Assembly: GCA_944364615.1 (NCBI GenBank)
Contig: CALVWF010000010.1
Span: 1,388-65,387 of the forward strand
Direction: 5' to 3'
Origin: an uncultured Clostridia bacterium
Lineage (GTDB): Bacteria > Bacillota > Clostridia > Christensenellales > CAG-314
DNA length: 64,000 nt
Shown here: in pieces, positions 28,946-38,183 of the stretch
Position numbering within the stretch: the first letter of the stretch is position 1
How the letters are laid out: the number at the start of each line of letters is the position of its first letter
Position numbers and translations under genes: made by a program
Notes under the pieces: generated by a model
Seen by the model: the letters and a program-made list of their open reading frames with translations, nothing else
Told to the model about the DNA's origin: nothing
Database searches by the model: none

Positions 28946-29132
28946 ATACAACATTCCCTCCCTGAAATATTCAAGTTGTATTACGGCAACAATATACCGA
29001 CTCTTGGGCGTAAAGTGGTGTACGTCTGCTCTCCCCCTCTCAACGTAATGTAAATTACGAGTAATTATTCGTTTAAACCACTTTAAACGGACACACGCTC
29101 GTTCCGGCAGGAACGGGCGTGCGTTTTTATTA
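28946..29132 (+). ncRNA. Candidate structured 3'-UTR or small RNA with C-rich loops, ending in a terminator
   Basis: Stems at 28945-52/28975-82, 29011-19/29077-85 and 29021-25/29043-47. Terminator stem at 29094-105/29110-121 followed by a T-run. Confidence 0.45.
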
Positions 29133-29221
29133 TATGGCAAACGATCGGTCGTTTGTGCTGAATTACAGAACGTGACAGTCTTTTCCGTTTCAGGCAGTAC
29201 TGCGTTCTGTCGGTTAGTTTG

Positions 29222-29692
29222 TTACAGCATCAGTTTCATTTCGTCCAGTTTGTCTTCCTGGTAGTTGAGCAGTTTTTGTGCGACGTCGGTAATTTTTTTG
29301 TCGATGTTGTCCCAGTGTCGCATCATCACGTAAAGGTCAATGATTCCGTTGAGAGTACCTTGCATCATCATTTTCGCGACGTTGGTATTTCCGCTGTTGA
29401 CTGCCATTTTGATTTTTATCGAAACGTCAGCCATCATCTGCGCCCACTTTAAGGATGTAACTTCCCACTGATTTTTTTCCGCAACGTTTTCGATGTCGGA
29501 AATGAAAGTGTCGTATTTGTTGACCTGTTTGCGTAACATTCCCTTAAAAGTTTTGTCCTCTACGTAGGGCAATAGCGATTCCACCGAATGCTTTGCCATT
29601 GTAACGTTGCCGTACAATGCGTTGAGCGCTTTGCGATCCGTTTCGGCACAATTTTCATCGGTCATTGTCTCTGTCGTCTTCGTCTTCTTCAT
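29222..29692 (-). CDS. Hypothetical helical (possibly ferritin-like) protein, probably sporulation-related
   Basis: SD GGAGG before the ATG at 29692. Four-helix-like pattern. Sigma-G-like promoter upstream. Confidence 0.65.
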   Translation of the reverse strand: MKKTKTTETMTDENCAETDRKALNALYGNVTMAKHSVESLLPYVEDKTFKGMLRKQVNKYDTFISDIENVAEKNQWEVTSLKWAQMMADVSIKIKMAVNSGNTNVAKMMMQGTLNGIIDLYVMMRHWDNIDKKITDVAQKLLNYQEDKLDEMKLML

Positions 29693-29829
29693 CGTAATCC
29701 TCCGCGATTCCGTCAAACCATGCGTTTCGGCATGTTTCGTAGTTGCTGTAATATTCTTTGCAACGATCTTTAAGTGCCATTTTTTTCAGTCCTCCTTTGT
29801 TTTATGAGGCAAGTCTGAGCCTTTGTGTA

Positions 29830-29858
29830 TAGTATCGGCGTTATTTGCTTTTATATTC
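29830..29858 (-). promoter_or_regulatory. Forespore sigma-G/F-like promoter
   Basis: GAATA-N17-GATACTA on the minus strand. Confidence 0.6.
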
Positions 29859-29987
29859 GTCACTTTACGGAAAACAATGTGTGAGTTTTTTTGAAATGTG
29901 CCGTCACAGGGTGTTTTTAATCAAATCGCCGCGCAATTTTGTTTTAAACGTTTGACAAAAGACTGTATGTAGTGTAATATATATTTC

Positions 29988-30060
29988 GGCCGCATAGAAA
30001 GGGTATTTAAGTTTCTTCGGAACACCCTTTATAGCGAGTCTCTGATACGGGAGGTTAAGC
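29988..30060 (+). ncRNA. Probable L21 leader (ribosomal protein autoregulatory element)
   Basis: Upstream of rplU. AAGGGT...ACCCTT hairpin followed by GCGAGTC and the SD. Confidence 0.55.
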
Positions 30061-30063
30061 AAA

Positions 30064-30372
30064 ATGTACGCAATTGTATTGACAGGCGGTAAACAGTACA
30101 AGGTTACTGAAGGTCTTGTTTTCGAAACGGAACTTCTCAATGCCAAAGAAAACGACACAGTAAATCTTGAAGTGCTTATGGTTGCTGATCAGGACAAATT
30201 AGTTGTCGGTGAAGAAGCCAAAAAAGCAACTGTTGAAGCGGTTGTTGTTCAACACGGCAAGGGAAAGAAGATCAACATCTTTACCTACAAGGCTAAGAAG
30301 AACATCCGTAAGCGTCAGGGCCACAGACAGCCTTATACCAAGTTGAAAGTTACTGCAATCAAACTTGGCTGA
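30064..30372 (+). CDS. rplU: 50S ribosomal protein L21
   Basis: 'MYAIVLTGGKQYKV', 'GHRQPYTKLKV'. Confidence 0.98.
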   Translation: MYAIVLTGGKQYKVTEGLVFETELLNAKENDTVNLEVLMVADQDKLVVGEEAKKATVEAVVVQHGKGKKINIFTYKAKKNIRKRQGHRQPYTKLKVTAIKLG

Positions 30373-30376
30373 TATT

Positions 30377-30709
30377 ATGACAGACATCAAGATAACAAGA
30401 GACAACAACATGTCCGTTACGGAAGTGGAGTGTAAAGGTCACACGGATTACGCCGAAGCAGGCGAAGACATAGTGTGCGCCGGTTTGTCCACTTTGGTGC
30501 AGTCGGCTTTGCTCGGATTGTTGCAGGTTGCGGCAATCAACGTAAAGTACGAGCGTCAGCCTGACATCGGATATCTCAAGTTTACTCTGCCCGACAATCT
30601 TACGCACCGGCAGCGGCATGACGCCGACGTGATTTTGAACACGATGCTGTGCGGATTAAATGATTTCTACACAGAGTATTCCGATTACATTTATTTGGAG
30701 GTAATTTGA
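30377..30709 (+). CDS. prp: Ribosomal-processing cysteine protease Prp (YsxB)
   Basis: '[19 protein letters not shown]' His/Cys motif. Lies between rplU and rpmA. Confidence 0.92.
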   Translation: MTDIKITRDNNMSVTEVECKGHTDYAEAGEDIVCAGLSTLVQSALLGLLQVAAINVKYERQPDIGYLKFTLPDNLTHRQRHDADVILNTMLCGLNDFYTEYSDYIYLEVI

Positions 30710-30710
30710 A

Positions 30711-30992
30711 ATGTTTATAATGTTGCAACTGTTCGCCCACAAAAAAGGTATGGGCAGTACGAAGAACGGCAGAGACAGCGAAAGTAAACGTTTGGGAGCC
30801 AAGCGCGCAGACGGTCAGATCGCACGTGCGGGCAACATTCTGGTAAGACAACGCGGAACACACTTCCATCCCGGCAACAATGTCGGTATCGGCAAGGATG
30901 ACACTTTGTACGCCCTCATCGACGGCGTTGTAAAGTTTGAACGCAAGGATAAGACCAGAAGACAGGTTTCCGTTTATCCCGTTGCTCAATAA
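30711..30992 (+). CDS. rpmA: 50S ribosomal protein L27 with a Prp-cleavable N-terminal extension
   Basis: 'MFIMLQLF|[21 protein letters not shown]'. Confidence 0.98.
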   Translation: MFIMLQLFAHKKGMGSTKNGRDSESKRLGAKRADGQIARAGNILVRQRGTHFHPGNNVGIGKDDTLYALIDGVVKFERKDKTRRQVSVYPVAQ

Positions 30993-31008
30993 TCAGGTAT
31001 AAATTTCG

Positions 31009-31035
31009 GGGGTTGCTATTCTGCAACCCCTTTTT
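31009..31035 (+). terminator. Rho-independent terminator
   Basis: GGGGTTGC / GCAACCCC stem followed by a T-run. Confidence 0.85.
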
Positions 31036-31050
31036 ACTACGGTGATCAGC

Positions 31051-31890
31051 ATGATTTACACAACAGACAAAAGTATAGTTTTAAAGGACTTTGACAACTT
31101 CAACGCCAAGGATATTTTGGAATGCGGTCAGATATTTCGCTACAAATTGAATGACGACGGCAGTTACGATGTTTTTTCTCGCGACAAGCACGCGAACGTG
31201 TCTGACGTAAAGGACGAAATTGTAATACATACCGACGATGTGGATTATTTCTACAATTTCTTCGACCTCGACACCGATTACAAGGCGGTTTGCGACAGAT
31301 TGTCCGCAAGAAGCGAAATACTTAAACAGGCGGTGGATTACGGCAAGGGAATAAGAATACTCAATCAGGATCTGGAAGAAATGTTGTTTTCCTTTATAAT
31401 CTCCGCAAACAACAATATCAAACGTATTCAGTTGATAGTGGAACGTCTGTGCAAAGCATTGGGCAGCAAGACCGATTTCGGTTACGCGTTTCCTACGGCA
31501 AGTCAGATGGCGGAGGCAAGCGTTGAGATGTTCAAGGAACTGGGCGCAGGATACAGGGCGGAATATCTGTTTGACACTGCGCAACGTCTAAACGACGGGT
31601 ACGACCTCGAACAACTGCGCACGATGAACACCGACGAGGCGCGCAGACAGTTGCTGTCCTTTAAAGGGGTAGGTCCAAAGGTTGCAGACTGCGTATTGTT
31701 GTTCGGTCTTAAAAAACAGGATGTGTTTCCCGTCGATACCTGGATAAAGAAGGTTTACCACAACTATTTCGAACAGGGACACAGCGACCGTGACATAGCA
31801 GGTTACTTTGTGTCGCAATTTGGCGAAGACGCCGGTTTGTGTCAACAATATTTGTTTTATTTCCAGAGAAAGTATGGACAAACAAAGTAA
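31051..31890 (+). CDS. 8-oxoguanine DNA glycosylase (OGG1-like, HhH-GPD)
   Basis: 'ILECGQIFR', 'GIRILNQD', 'ISANNNIKRI', 'GVGPKVADC', 'FPVDTW'. Confidence 0.88.
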   Translation: MIYTTDKSIVLKDFDNFNAKDILECGQIFRYKLNDDGSYDVFSRDKHANVSDVKDEIVIHTDDVDYFYNFFDLDTDYKAVCDRLSARSEILKQAVDYGKGIRILNQDLEEMLFSFIISANNNIKRIQLIVERLCKALGSKTDFGYAFPTASQMAEASVEMFKELGAGYRAEYLFDTAQRLNDGYDLEQLRTMNTDEARRQLLSFKGVGPKVADCVLLFGLKKQDVFPVDTWIKKVYHNYFEQGHSDRDIAGYFVSQFGEDAGLCQQYLFYFQRKYGQTK

Positions 31891-31940
31891 AATAGAGTAC
31901 AATATTTAAATCAATATAAAACAATTCGGAGGCTTTTTAT

Positions 31941-32879
31941 ATGAACGCTAAAAGAATCGCCATGTTTGTCGACGTCGACAATTGTGCATTGGAATACCTG
32001 CACTACGAAAACGTTCTGTCACAGGTAAAAGCGGAAGGTGATGTGGTATACGGTAAATTGTACGGATTGTCCGACAAGAAGCACAAGGAAATTCTTCAAG
32101 ACGCCGAAGCGAACGGATTTGAGACATGCCGTGCGATGCGTATCAAGAAAAGAGGCGCTAAGGTATTTGACAACCGTATAGCGATAGACGTTGTCACTAC
32201 GGTCTTTACTATGGACATCGACGCAGTGGCAATTGTGTGCGCACCTGCCGACATGGTATATCTGTACAGTTTCCTGCGCAAGAACGGTGTGGAAGTGTAC
32301 GCATGCGACAATGCGGACGAACCCAGCATGGGATTTGTGGACGTTACAATTGACCTTGGCAAGGTGGAAGAAATCAAATTGCCCAAGACCAGAAAGGCTC
32401 CCGCTGTAACAAAGAAGACGGAAACGGATGCCGAAAGCGTTGCCGCACCCGAAACTACTCCGGAAGAGTCCGTTCACAGCATTGTGGACGAAGCACAGGA
32501 ATTGCTCCGTCAGATAGAACAACTGCGCAAGGAAGAACAGCAGTTTGCCGAACAGCACGCAGAAACGCCCGTTCAGACGCAGGCGGAAGAAACGGCGGTT
32601 GCGCAGGTTGAAGAAAGTGCAGAGCCCGAACAGGCGGAGCAGACGGAACAGACGTCACCTGTCGAAACCGCGGTTGCGGAAGAAACTCCACTGCAGACCG
32701 AGGAAGTCGCGCAACCGATTGAACAGCCTCAGCAACCCGCTCAGACGCAGGTGGACGCCGATCAGGAAAACGACGACGATCTCATCAGAAAAATAGAACA
32801 ACTCCGTTCGCAGAACAACGACGACGACACCGAACTGGTGGACAAGATCAAGCGTATACTCGACGGAGTGGACGACTGA
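31941..32879 (+). CDS. NYN/LabA-like domain protein with an acidic low-complexity C-terminal tail
   Basis: 'IAMFVDVDN', 'IAIDV', 'LRKNGVEVY', then an E/Q/T/P-rich tail. Confidence 0.7.
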   Translation: MNAKRIAMFVDVDNCALEYLHYENVLSQVKAEGDVVYGKLYGLSDKKHKEILQDAEANGFETCRAMRIKKRGAKVFDNRIAIDVVTTVFTMDIDAVAIVCAPADMVYLYSFLRKNGVEVYACDNADEPSMGFVDVTIDLGKVEEIKLPKTRKAPAVTKKTETDAESVAAPETTPEESVHSIVDEAQELLRQIEQLRKEEQQFAEQHAETPVQTQAEETAVAQVEESAEPEQAEQTEQTSPVETAVAEETPLQTEEVAQPIEQPQQPAQTQVDADQENDDDLIRKIEQLRSQNNDDDTELVDKIKRILDGVDD

Positions 32880-33001
32880 CGAAACTCTTTACGGCAACGG
32901 TACGACCGTTGCCGTTTTTTTTGCGTCTAAACACTGGCGGGTACGTGTCGAGTGCAAACGCAATGCAAATTTAAAAACCGAATGTTTACGCCGGTTTGAG
33001 G

Positions 33002-33030
33002 TAATATTGCGCATATGTGCGCCGTACAAT
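33002..33030 (+). promoter_or_regulatory. Mother-cell sigma-E-like promoter
   Basis: TAATATT-N14-CGTACAAT, close to the B. subtilis sigma-E consensus spacing and motifs. Confidence 0.55.
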
Positions 33031-33036
33031 ATCAAT

Positions 33037-33498
33037 ATGAGAGTTACGGTAAAAAACTTTATAGTTTCCATGTGCGTGATGGTTGCGCTGCTTGTGTTTG
33101 TACAGATATTGGACAACAGCCTGTCGGTATCTGCGTCACAGGGGCAAAGCATAAGAGTTATAGTGACCGACATCAATGACAGGGCAGTACACAACGCATT
33201 GGTGACGGTGGAAAGCCATGGCGGTTTTTATACCGACAACAACGGTTATTCGCCGGTGATACGTCTTGACGGTGTCGAAAACAGTTACGACAAATCCATT
33301 ACCGATTGGTACACAGTAACGGTCACCGTCAGTATAGAAGGTTACGTAGACACGGTGGTGCTGAACTGCGTTGTTTACGCGCAGCAGACGCGTACGCTCA
33401 ACGTGCGCATTTATCCGGTGGACAGTTCGGAATTGTCGGTAGTGTGTTACGTGGAAAGTCCTCCCGACAGTTATCTTCAATCATTATTTGCAAAGTAA
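33037..33498 (+). CDS. Exported or membrane-anchored hypothetical protein with a beta-sandwich (carboxypeptidase-regulatory-like) domain
   Basis: N-terminal hydrophobic segment, 'NALVTV...TDNNG', 'EGYVDT', 'YVESPP'. Confidence 0.6.
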   Translation: MRVTVKNFIVSMCVMVALLVFVQILDNSLSVSASQGQSIRVIVTDINDRAVHNALVTVESHGGFYTDNNGYSPVIRLDGVENSYDKSITDWYTVTVTVSIEGYVDTVVLNCVVYAQQTRTLNVRIYPVDSSELSVVCYVESPPDSYLQSLFAK

Positions 33499-33527
33499 AA
33501 AAAACGCCATTTATACGGCGTTTTTTT
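33498..33527. terminator. Bidirectional terminator
   Basis: A-run-CGCC / GGCG-T-run between convergent genes. Confidence 0.75.
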
Positions 33528-33557
33528 GTTGCACGTTGTGCTAAATTTTATTGTCAT

Positions 33558-35312
33558 TCAGACCGTCTGCTCCGTCTGCTCGGTTTCCGTTACCGTTGCT
33601 GTAGTGAGCGCGTCATCTTTTGGTATGTCAATTTGTTTTTCCTGTTCTTTTAGAATGTAAACCGCGCTTTCGTACGGGCGCAGAGTGCGGGCAACGGGTG
33701 TTTGCGCGCTGTTGGGATAGTTGGAAGTAAGCAGTGTATATCTTTCCGCATCTTTGACGGCACGCACTTTTTGCGGTTTAAGTGAAAAGTTGTTTACCAC
33801 CAGTATTTCGTCGCCGTTGTAACTGCGTTTGTACATCCACAGTTTGCTTTTGAGGGGCGCAAGATCATGATACGTACCGAATGTGAATACGTCGTGCTCC
33901 TTGCGAAGTTGTATAAGTTTGCGGTAGTAGTTGAGTACGCTGCTTTGCTCGTTTTCCTGTTGCGCTACGTTGATTTGGGTATAGTTGGGGTTGAGCGCAA
34001 GCCACGGAGTTCCCGCGGTAAATCCGCCGTTTGCTCCGCTGTCCCATTGTACGGGGGTGCGTGCGTTGTCGCGCGAACAGTAGGAAATGCGTTTCATCGC
34101 TCCTTTTTTGCCGAAGATCTTTCGCATTGTGTTGTAACTGCGTATGGATTCCACGTCGCGGTACATCTCTATATCCTGCATTTTTGCCGATGTCTGTCCG
34201 ATTTCCTGCCCCTGGTAAATAAACGGCGTTCCGCTGAGCGTAAGCAGGATAGTGCCCATCATCTTTGCCCCTTCTTCACGGTATTCGGTTGCCGAACAGT
34301 ATCTGCCTACTATACGCGCCTGATCGTGATTTTCCCAATACAGCGTATTCCATGCCTTGTTATATAGTCCGTCCTGCCACTTTGCAATCGTCTTTTTGAG
34401 TCGCTTTAATGAAAATTTGCGTACAAACTGTTTTATACCGAAATAGTTGTCGGCGTTCATATGTTCAAACTCGAACACCGTGTCCAGCAAAGGATTTTCG
34501 CCAGAAGTGTATTTGAGCGCCGTGTCGACGTCTATCATTACGCTTTCGCCCACGGTAAAGGCGTCGTATTTACTGAGAACGTCCTCTTGAAGTTGGCGGA
34601 GCAGAAATTCTATTTTCGGTCCGTTCAGGTAGTGTTCCCTGCCCGTCAGAGCAATGCGCTTTTTACCGTCGGGAAGTCCTTCGCGTTTGGACAGCAGTGT
34701 AATGACGTCGCAACGGAAACCGTCCACACCTTTTTTCAGCCAGAAATTGAGAACGTCTTTTACCTCTTCCAATACACGAGGATTAAAGTAGTTGAGGTCG
34801 GGCTGATTTTTGTCAAACAGGTGCAGATACCACTGTCCAGTCAGTTCGTCGTATTGCCAAGCGGTGCCCAGAAAGAAACTCGTCCAGTTGTTGGGCGGTT
34901 TTTTGCCGTTTTTTCCCCGTCCGTCCCGCCAGATATAGTAGTTCCTGTAGGGATTGTCCTTACTCTTTCGGCTTTCTTCGAACCACCTGTGTTTGTCGCT
35001 GGTGTGATTTATCACCAGATCCATTATTACCTTTATATTGCGGGCATGCAGCAATTTGACCATTCTGTCGAAATCCTGCATCGTGCCGTATTCCGGATTG
35101 ATGTTTTTGTAGTCGCTGATGTCGTAACCGTAATCGGCGTTGGGGGAGCAGTACAGCGGGCTGAACCAGATTGCGTCTATGTTGAGACTTGCAAGGTAAT
35201 CCACCTTTGAAATAATGCCGGGAATATCTCCTATACCGTCGCCGTTCGAGTCGCAGAAACTGCGCGGGTATATCTGATAAAAACAGGCTTTTTTATACCA
35301 TTGATTTTTCAT
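33558..35312 (-). CDS. GH13 alpha-glucosidase / oligo-1,6-glucosidase
   Basis: 'YQIYPRSF', 'DLVINHTSDKH', 'GVDGFRCD', 'TVGE', 'ENHDQAR', 'RDNARTP'. Confidence 0.93.
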   Translation of the reverse strand: MKNQWYKKACFYQIYPRSFCDSNGDGIGDIPGIISKVDYLASLNIDAIWFSPLYCSPNADYGYDISDYKNINPEYGTMQDFDRMVKLLHARNIKVIMDLVINHTSDKHRWFEESRKSKDNPYRNYYIWRDGRGKNGKKPPNNWTSFFLGTAWQYDELTGQWYLHLFDKNQPDLNYFNPRVLEEVKDVLNFWLKKGVDGFRCDVITLLSKREGLPDGKKRIALTGREHYLNGPKIEFLLRQLQEDVLSKYDAFTVGESVMIDVDTALKYTSGENPLLDTVFEFEHMNADNYFGIKQFVRKFSLKRLKKTIAKWQDGLYNKAWNTLYWENHDQARIVGRYCSATEYREEGAKMMGTILLTLSGTPFIYQGQEIGQTSAKMQDIEMYRDVESIRSYNTMRKIFGKKGAMKRISYCSRDNARTPVQWDSGANGGFTAGTPWLALNPNYTQINVAQQENEQSSVLNYYRKLIQLRKEHDVFTFGTYHDLAPLKSKLWMYKRSYNGDEILVVNNFSLKPQKVRAVKDAERYTLLTSNYPNSAQTPVARTLRPYESAVYILKEQEKQIDIPKDDALTTATVTETEQTEQTV

Positions 35313-35500
35313 ATAGCGCTCCTTGTGTTGTTTAAAGTAATTATATCACAGCAAAGGGTGCGTTTCAACAATAATTTTCACTTTTTTTGTTTGCCAACAG
35401 TACACAATAATTGCAATGTATGGTAAAATTATCAGGACAGTAAATACTTAAAGTCTGTGTTCCGCATGAGGTATGGCGGAAATTTTTCGGAGGTAAGACA

Positions 35501-36892
35501 ATGAGTGTTAAAGTAAATTACAACAATATGATGCAACACGTTCTGGGCGACAAGGGTATCGGCGACGACGAACTCAAGCAGTCGGAACAGTTTGCCGCAG
35601 CCGCATTTGCCAAGGTGGAAGAGGGCAGAGGCAACGATATGCAGGGTTGGATGGACAGCCCGTACGATCAGGATGAAGTCGTTCGCTCAATCGTCAAAAA
35701 AGCGCAAGAAATACGCAATTTCGACGCTTTCGTAGTGCTGGGTATAGGCGGTTCCGCTCTGGGTCCAATTGCGGTGTTTCAGGCGTTGAAACATCTGTAC
35801 TACAACGAACTTCCCAGAGAAAAGCGCAACGGTCCCCGTTTCTACGTACTGGACAACGTTGACCCCGAACGCATGAGCGCATTGTTCGATATAATCGACG
35901 TGGAAAATACTGTGTTTAACGTAATCACCAAGTCGGGCGCAACAAGCGAAACCATGAGTCAGTATCTCATCATAAACGACCTGTTGAAAAAACGTCTGGG
36001 CGACAAGGCAAACAAACACATAATTGCCACCACAAGCAGCAGTAAAGGTTCTTTGATAGGTCTTGCCAAAGAACAGGGCTACGACACATTTTATATTCCC
36101 GAAGGCGTGGGCGGACGTTTCAGCGAACTGTGCCCCGTAGGATTGTTGCCTGCCGCAGTGGTAGGTATCGACATCGCGAAAATGCTGGAGGGCGCGAAAT
36201 ACATGGATCAGTTGTGCCGCACTCCAAATGTTTATTCAAATCCCGCATTGATGAGCGCGCTGTTGCAATACCTTTCCATGAAAAAAGGTAAAAACATTTC
36301 CGTTATGATGCCGTACGCCGACAGTCTCAAATATATAGCGGACTGGTACTGCCAGTTGTGGGCGGAATCGCTGGGCAAGGCAGTGGACAACGACGGCAAT
36401 ACGGTAAACGTCGGACAGACTCCCGTAAAAGCGCTGGGCGTAACCGATCAGCACAGTCAGGTACAGTTGTACGCCGAAGGACCCTTCGACAAGGTGATCA
36501 CATTTATCGAAGTGGAAAACTTCCGCAGTAAATACGTAATTCCCGGCGGACTCGAACAGTTGCCCAACGTAAGTTTCCTCAGCGGAAACACATTAAACGA
36601 TCTTATGGCAAAGGAACTGTACGCCACAAGATACGCTCTTACCAAGCAGAAGAGAAGCAACTACACCATAGTGCTCGACAAGGTGGACGAATTTAATCTG
36701 GGCGCATTGCTTTACCTGTTCCAGATGCAGACCGCTTACTGCGGAGCGATGCTCAACATCAACACTTACGATCAACCGGGAGTTGAAGAGGGCAAAAACG
36801 CAACTTACGCCCTGTTCGGCAGAAAGGGCTACGAGCAGAAAGCCAAGGAACTTGCCGAAGCCGTTGCCGACAGCGACAAATACATTATTTAA
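35501..36892 (+). CDS. pgi: Glucose-6-phosphate isomerase
   Basis: 'GIGGSALG', 'TKSGATSET', 'VGGRFS', 'DQHSQVQLY', 'DQPGVEEGK'. Confidence 0.96.
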   Translation: MSVKVNYNNMMQHVLGDKGIGDDELKQSEQFAAAAFAKVEEGRGNDMQGWMDSPYDQDEVVRSIVKKAQEIRNFDAFVVLGIGGSALGPIAVFQALKHLYYNELPREKRNGPRFYVLDNVDPERMSALFDIIDVENTVFNVITKSGATSETMSQYLIINDLLKKRLGDKANKHIIATTSSSKGSLIGLAKEQGYDTFYIPEGVGGRFSELCPVGLLPAAVVGIDIAKMLEGAKYMDQLCRTPNVYSNPALMSALLQYLSMKKGKNISVMMPYADSLKYIADWYCQLWAESLGKAVDNDGNTVNVGQTPVKALGVTDQHSQVQLYAEGPFDKVITFIEVENFRSKYVIPGGLEQLPNVSFLSGNTLNDLMAKELYATRYALTKQKRSNYTIVLDKVDEFNLGALLYLFQMQTAYCGAMLNINTYDQPGVEEGKNATYALFGRKGYEQKAKELAEAVADSDKYII

Positions 36893-36932
36893 AAACAAAT
36901 TACTGTAATCAAACTTTAACGAGGTACGGAGA

Positions 36933-38183
36933 ATGTTTGCTAAAACCCCCACAAAGGGAATGAGAGACTTTTTGCCTGAGGAATTCCGATTCAGACAAAA
37001 GGTACTTGAAATTATTCAGAACACATATGAAAAATACGGATTCAGCCGTATCGCCACGCCCAGCGTCGAAAACATCGAACTTTTGTGTTCCAAGCAGGGC
37101 GGCGACAACGAAAAGTTGATATACAAAATATTGAAGCGCGGGGAAAAACTGGAAAAAGCCACAGACGGCCAGCAGTGCGACCTCGGTCTGCGCTACGACC
37201 TTACCGTACCGTTGGCAAGATTTTTTGCCAACAATCAGGGACAGTTGCCGTCGGTATTCAAGGCAATGCAGATGGATTACGTATGGCGTGCCGACCGTCC
37301 GCAGAGAGGCCGTTTCCGCCAGTTTATGCAATGCGACATCGACATTCTGGGCGAAGAGAGCAACATCGCGGAAATAGATTTGATAGTGGCGACGATGCAG
37401 GCACTCAAAAACCTCGGGTTCAACGGAGTGACCGTCAAGATCAGCGACAGACGTCTGCTCACCGCAATTGCCGAAAAGTGCGGGTTTGAAAAGGAATTGC
37501 ACGACAAGGTGTTTATTATACTGGACAAACTGGACAAAATCGGTATAGGCGACGTAATGCAGGAAATCGAGGAGATTGCTCCCGGCAAATCGGTTGCTTT
37601 TGTGGATATGCTCAATCGCATAATAAACAGTGACAACCCGTTGCAAAGCGCGATAAACGAACTGGGTGAAACGTTGCCTTCGGCGGTAGCCGACAATCTC
37701 AGACAGATAATTGCAGTCGTCAACAACACGGTTTCCAACGGCAGGGTAGTATTCGACGTTACGTTGGTAAGAGGTATGGGCTACTACACCGGTACCATTT
37801 ATGAAATAAGTCTGGACGGACTTGACATTTCGGCAGGCGGCGGCGGACGTTACGACGAAATGATAGGAAAAATTACCGGTACCAAAGTGCCTGCATGCGG
37901 ATTTTCCATCGGATTCGAACGCATTGTACTGTTGTTGTCGGAAAGAGGGGTCAAGATAGGCGAGAAACGCCATGCAACGGCGCTTGTCATACCTAAAAAA
38001 TGTACCGACAAACAGTATTGCGACATAATGGACTACGCTCAGCATCACCGTGAAAACGGAACGGAAGTATCCGTCGTAAAACGTATTAAAAACTTCGCAT
38101 TCCAACTTAAACAGTTGCGCGAACAGGGATTCGACGCAATATACGAATTTAAGGAAAACGGAGAATTGGTGAAAATAGATTGA
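36933..38183 (+). CDS. hisS: Histidine--tRNA ligase
   Basis: 'KGMRD', 'LRYDLTVP', 'GRFRQFMQCD', 'LVRGMGYYTG', 'GGGRYD', 'GFSIGFER'. Confidence 0.96.
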   Translation: MFAKTPTKGMRDFLPEEFRFRQKVLEIIQNTYEKYGFSRIATPSVENIELLCSKQGGDNEKLIYKILKRGEKLEKATDGQQCDLGLRYDLTVPLARFFANNQGQLPSVFKAMQMDYVWRADRPQRGRFRQFMQCDIDILGEESNIAEIDLIVATMQALKNLGFNGVTVKISDRRLLTAIAEKCGFEKELHDKVFIILDKLDKIGIGDVMQEIEEIAPGKSVAFVDMLNRIINSDNPLQSAINELGETLPSAVADNLRQIIAVVNNTVSNGRVVFDVTLVRGMGYYTGTIYEISLDGLDISAGGGGRYDEMIGKITGTKVPACGFSIGFERIVLLLSERGVKIGEKRHATALVIPKKCTDKQYCDIMDYAQHHRENGTEVSVVKRIKNFAFQLKQLREQGFDAIYEFKENGELVKID

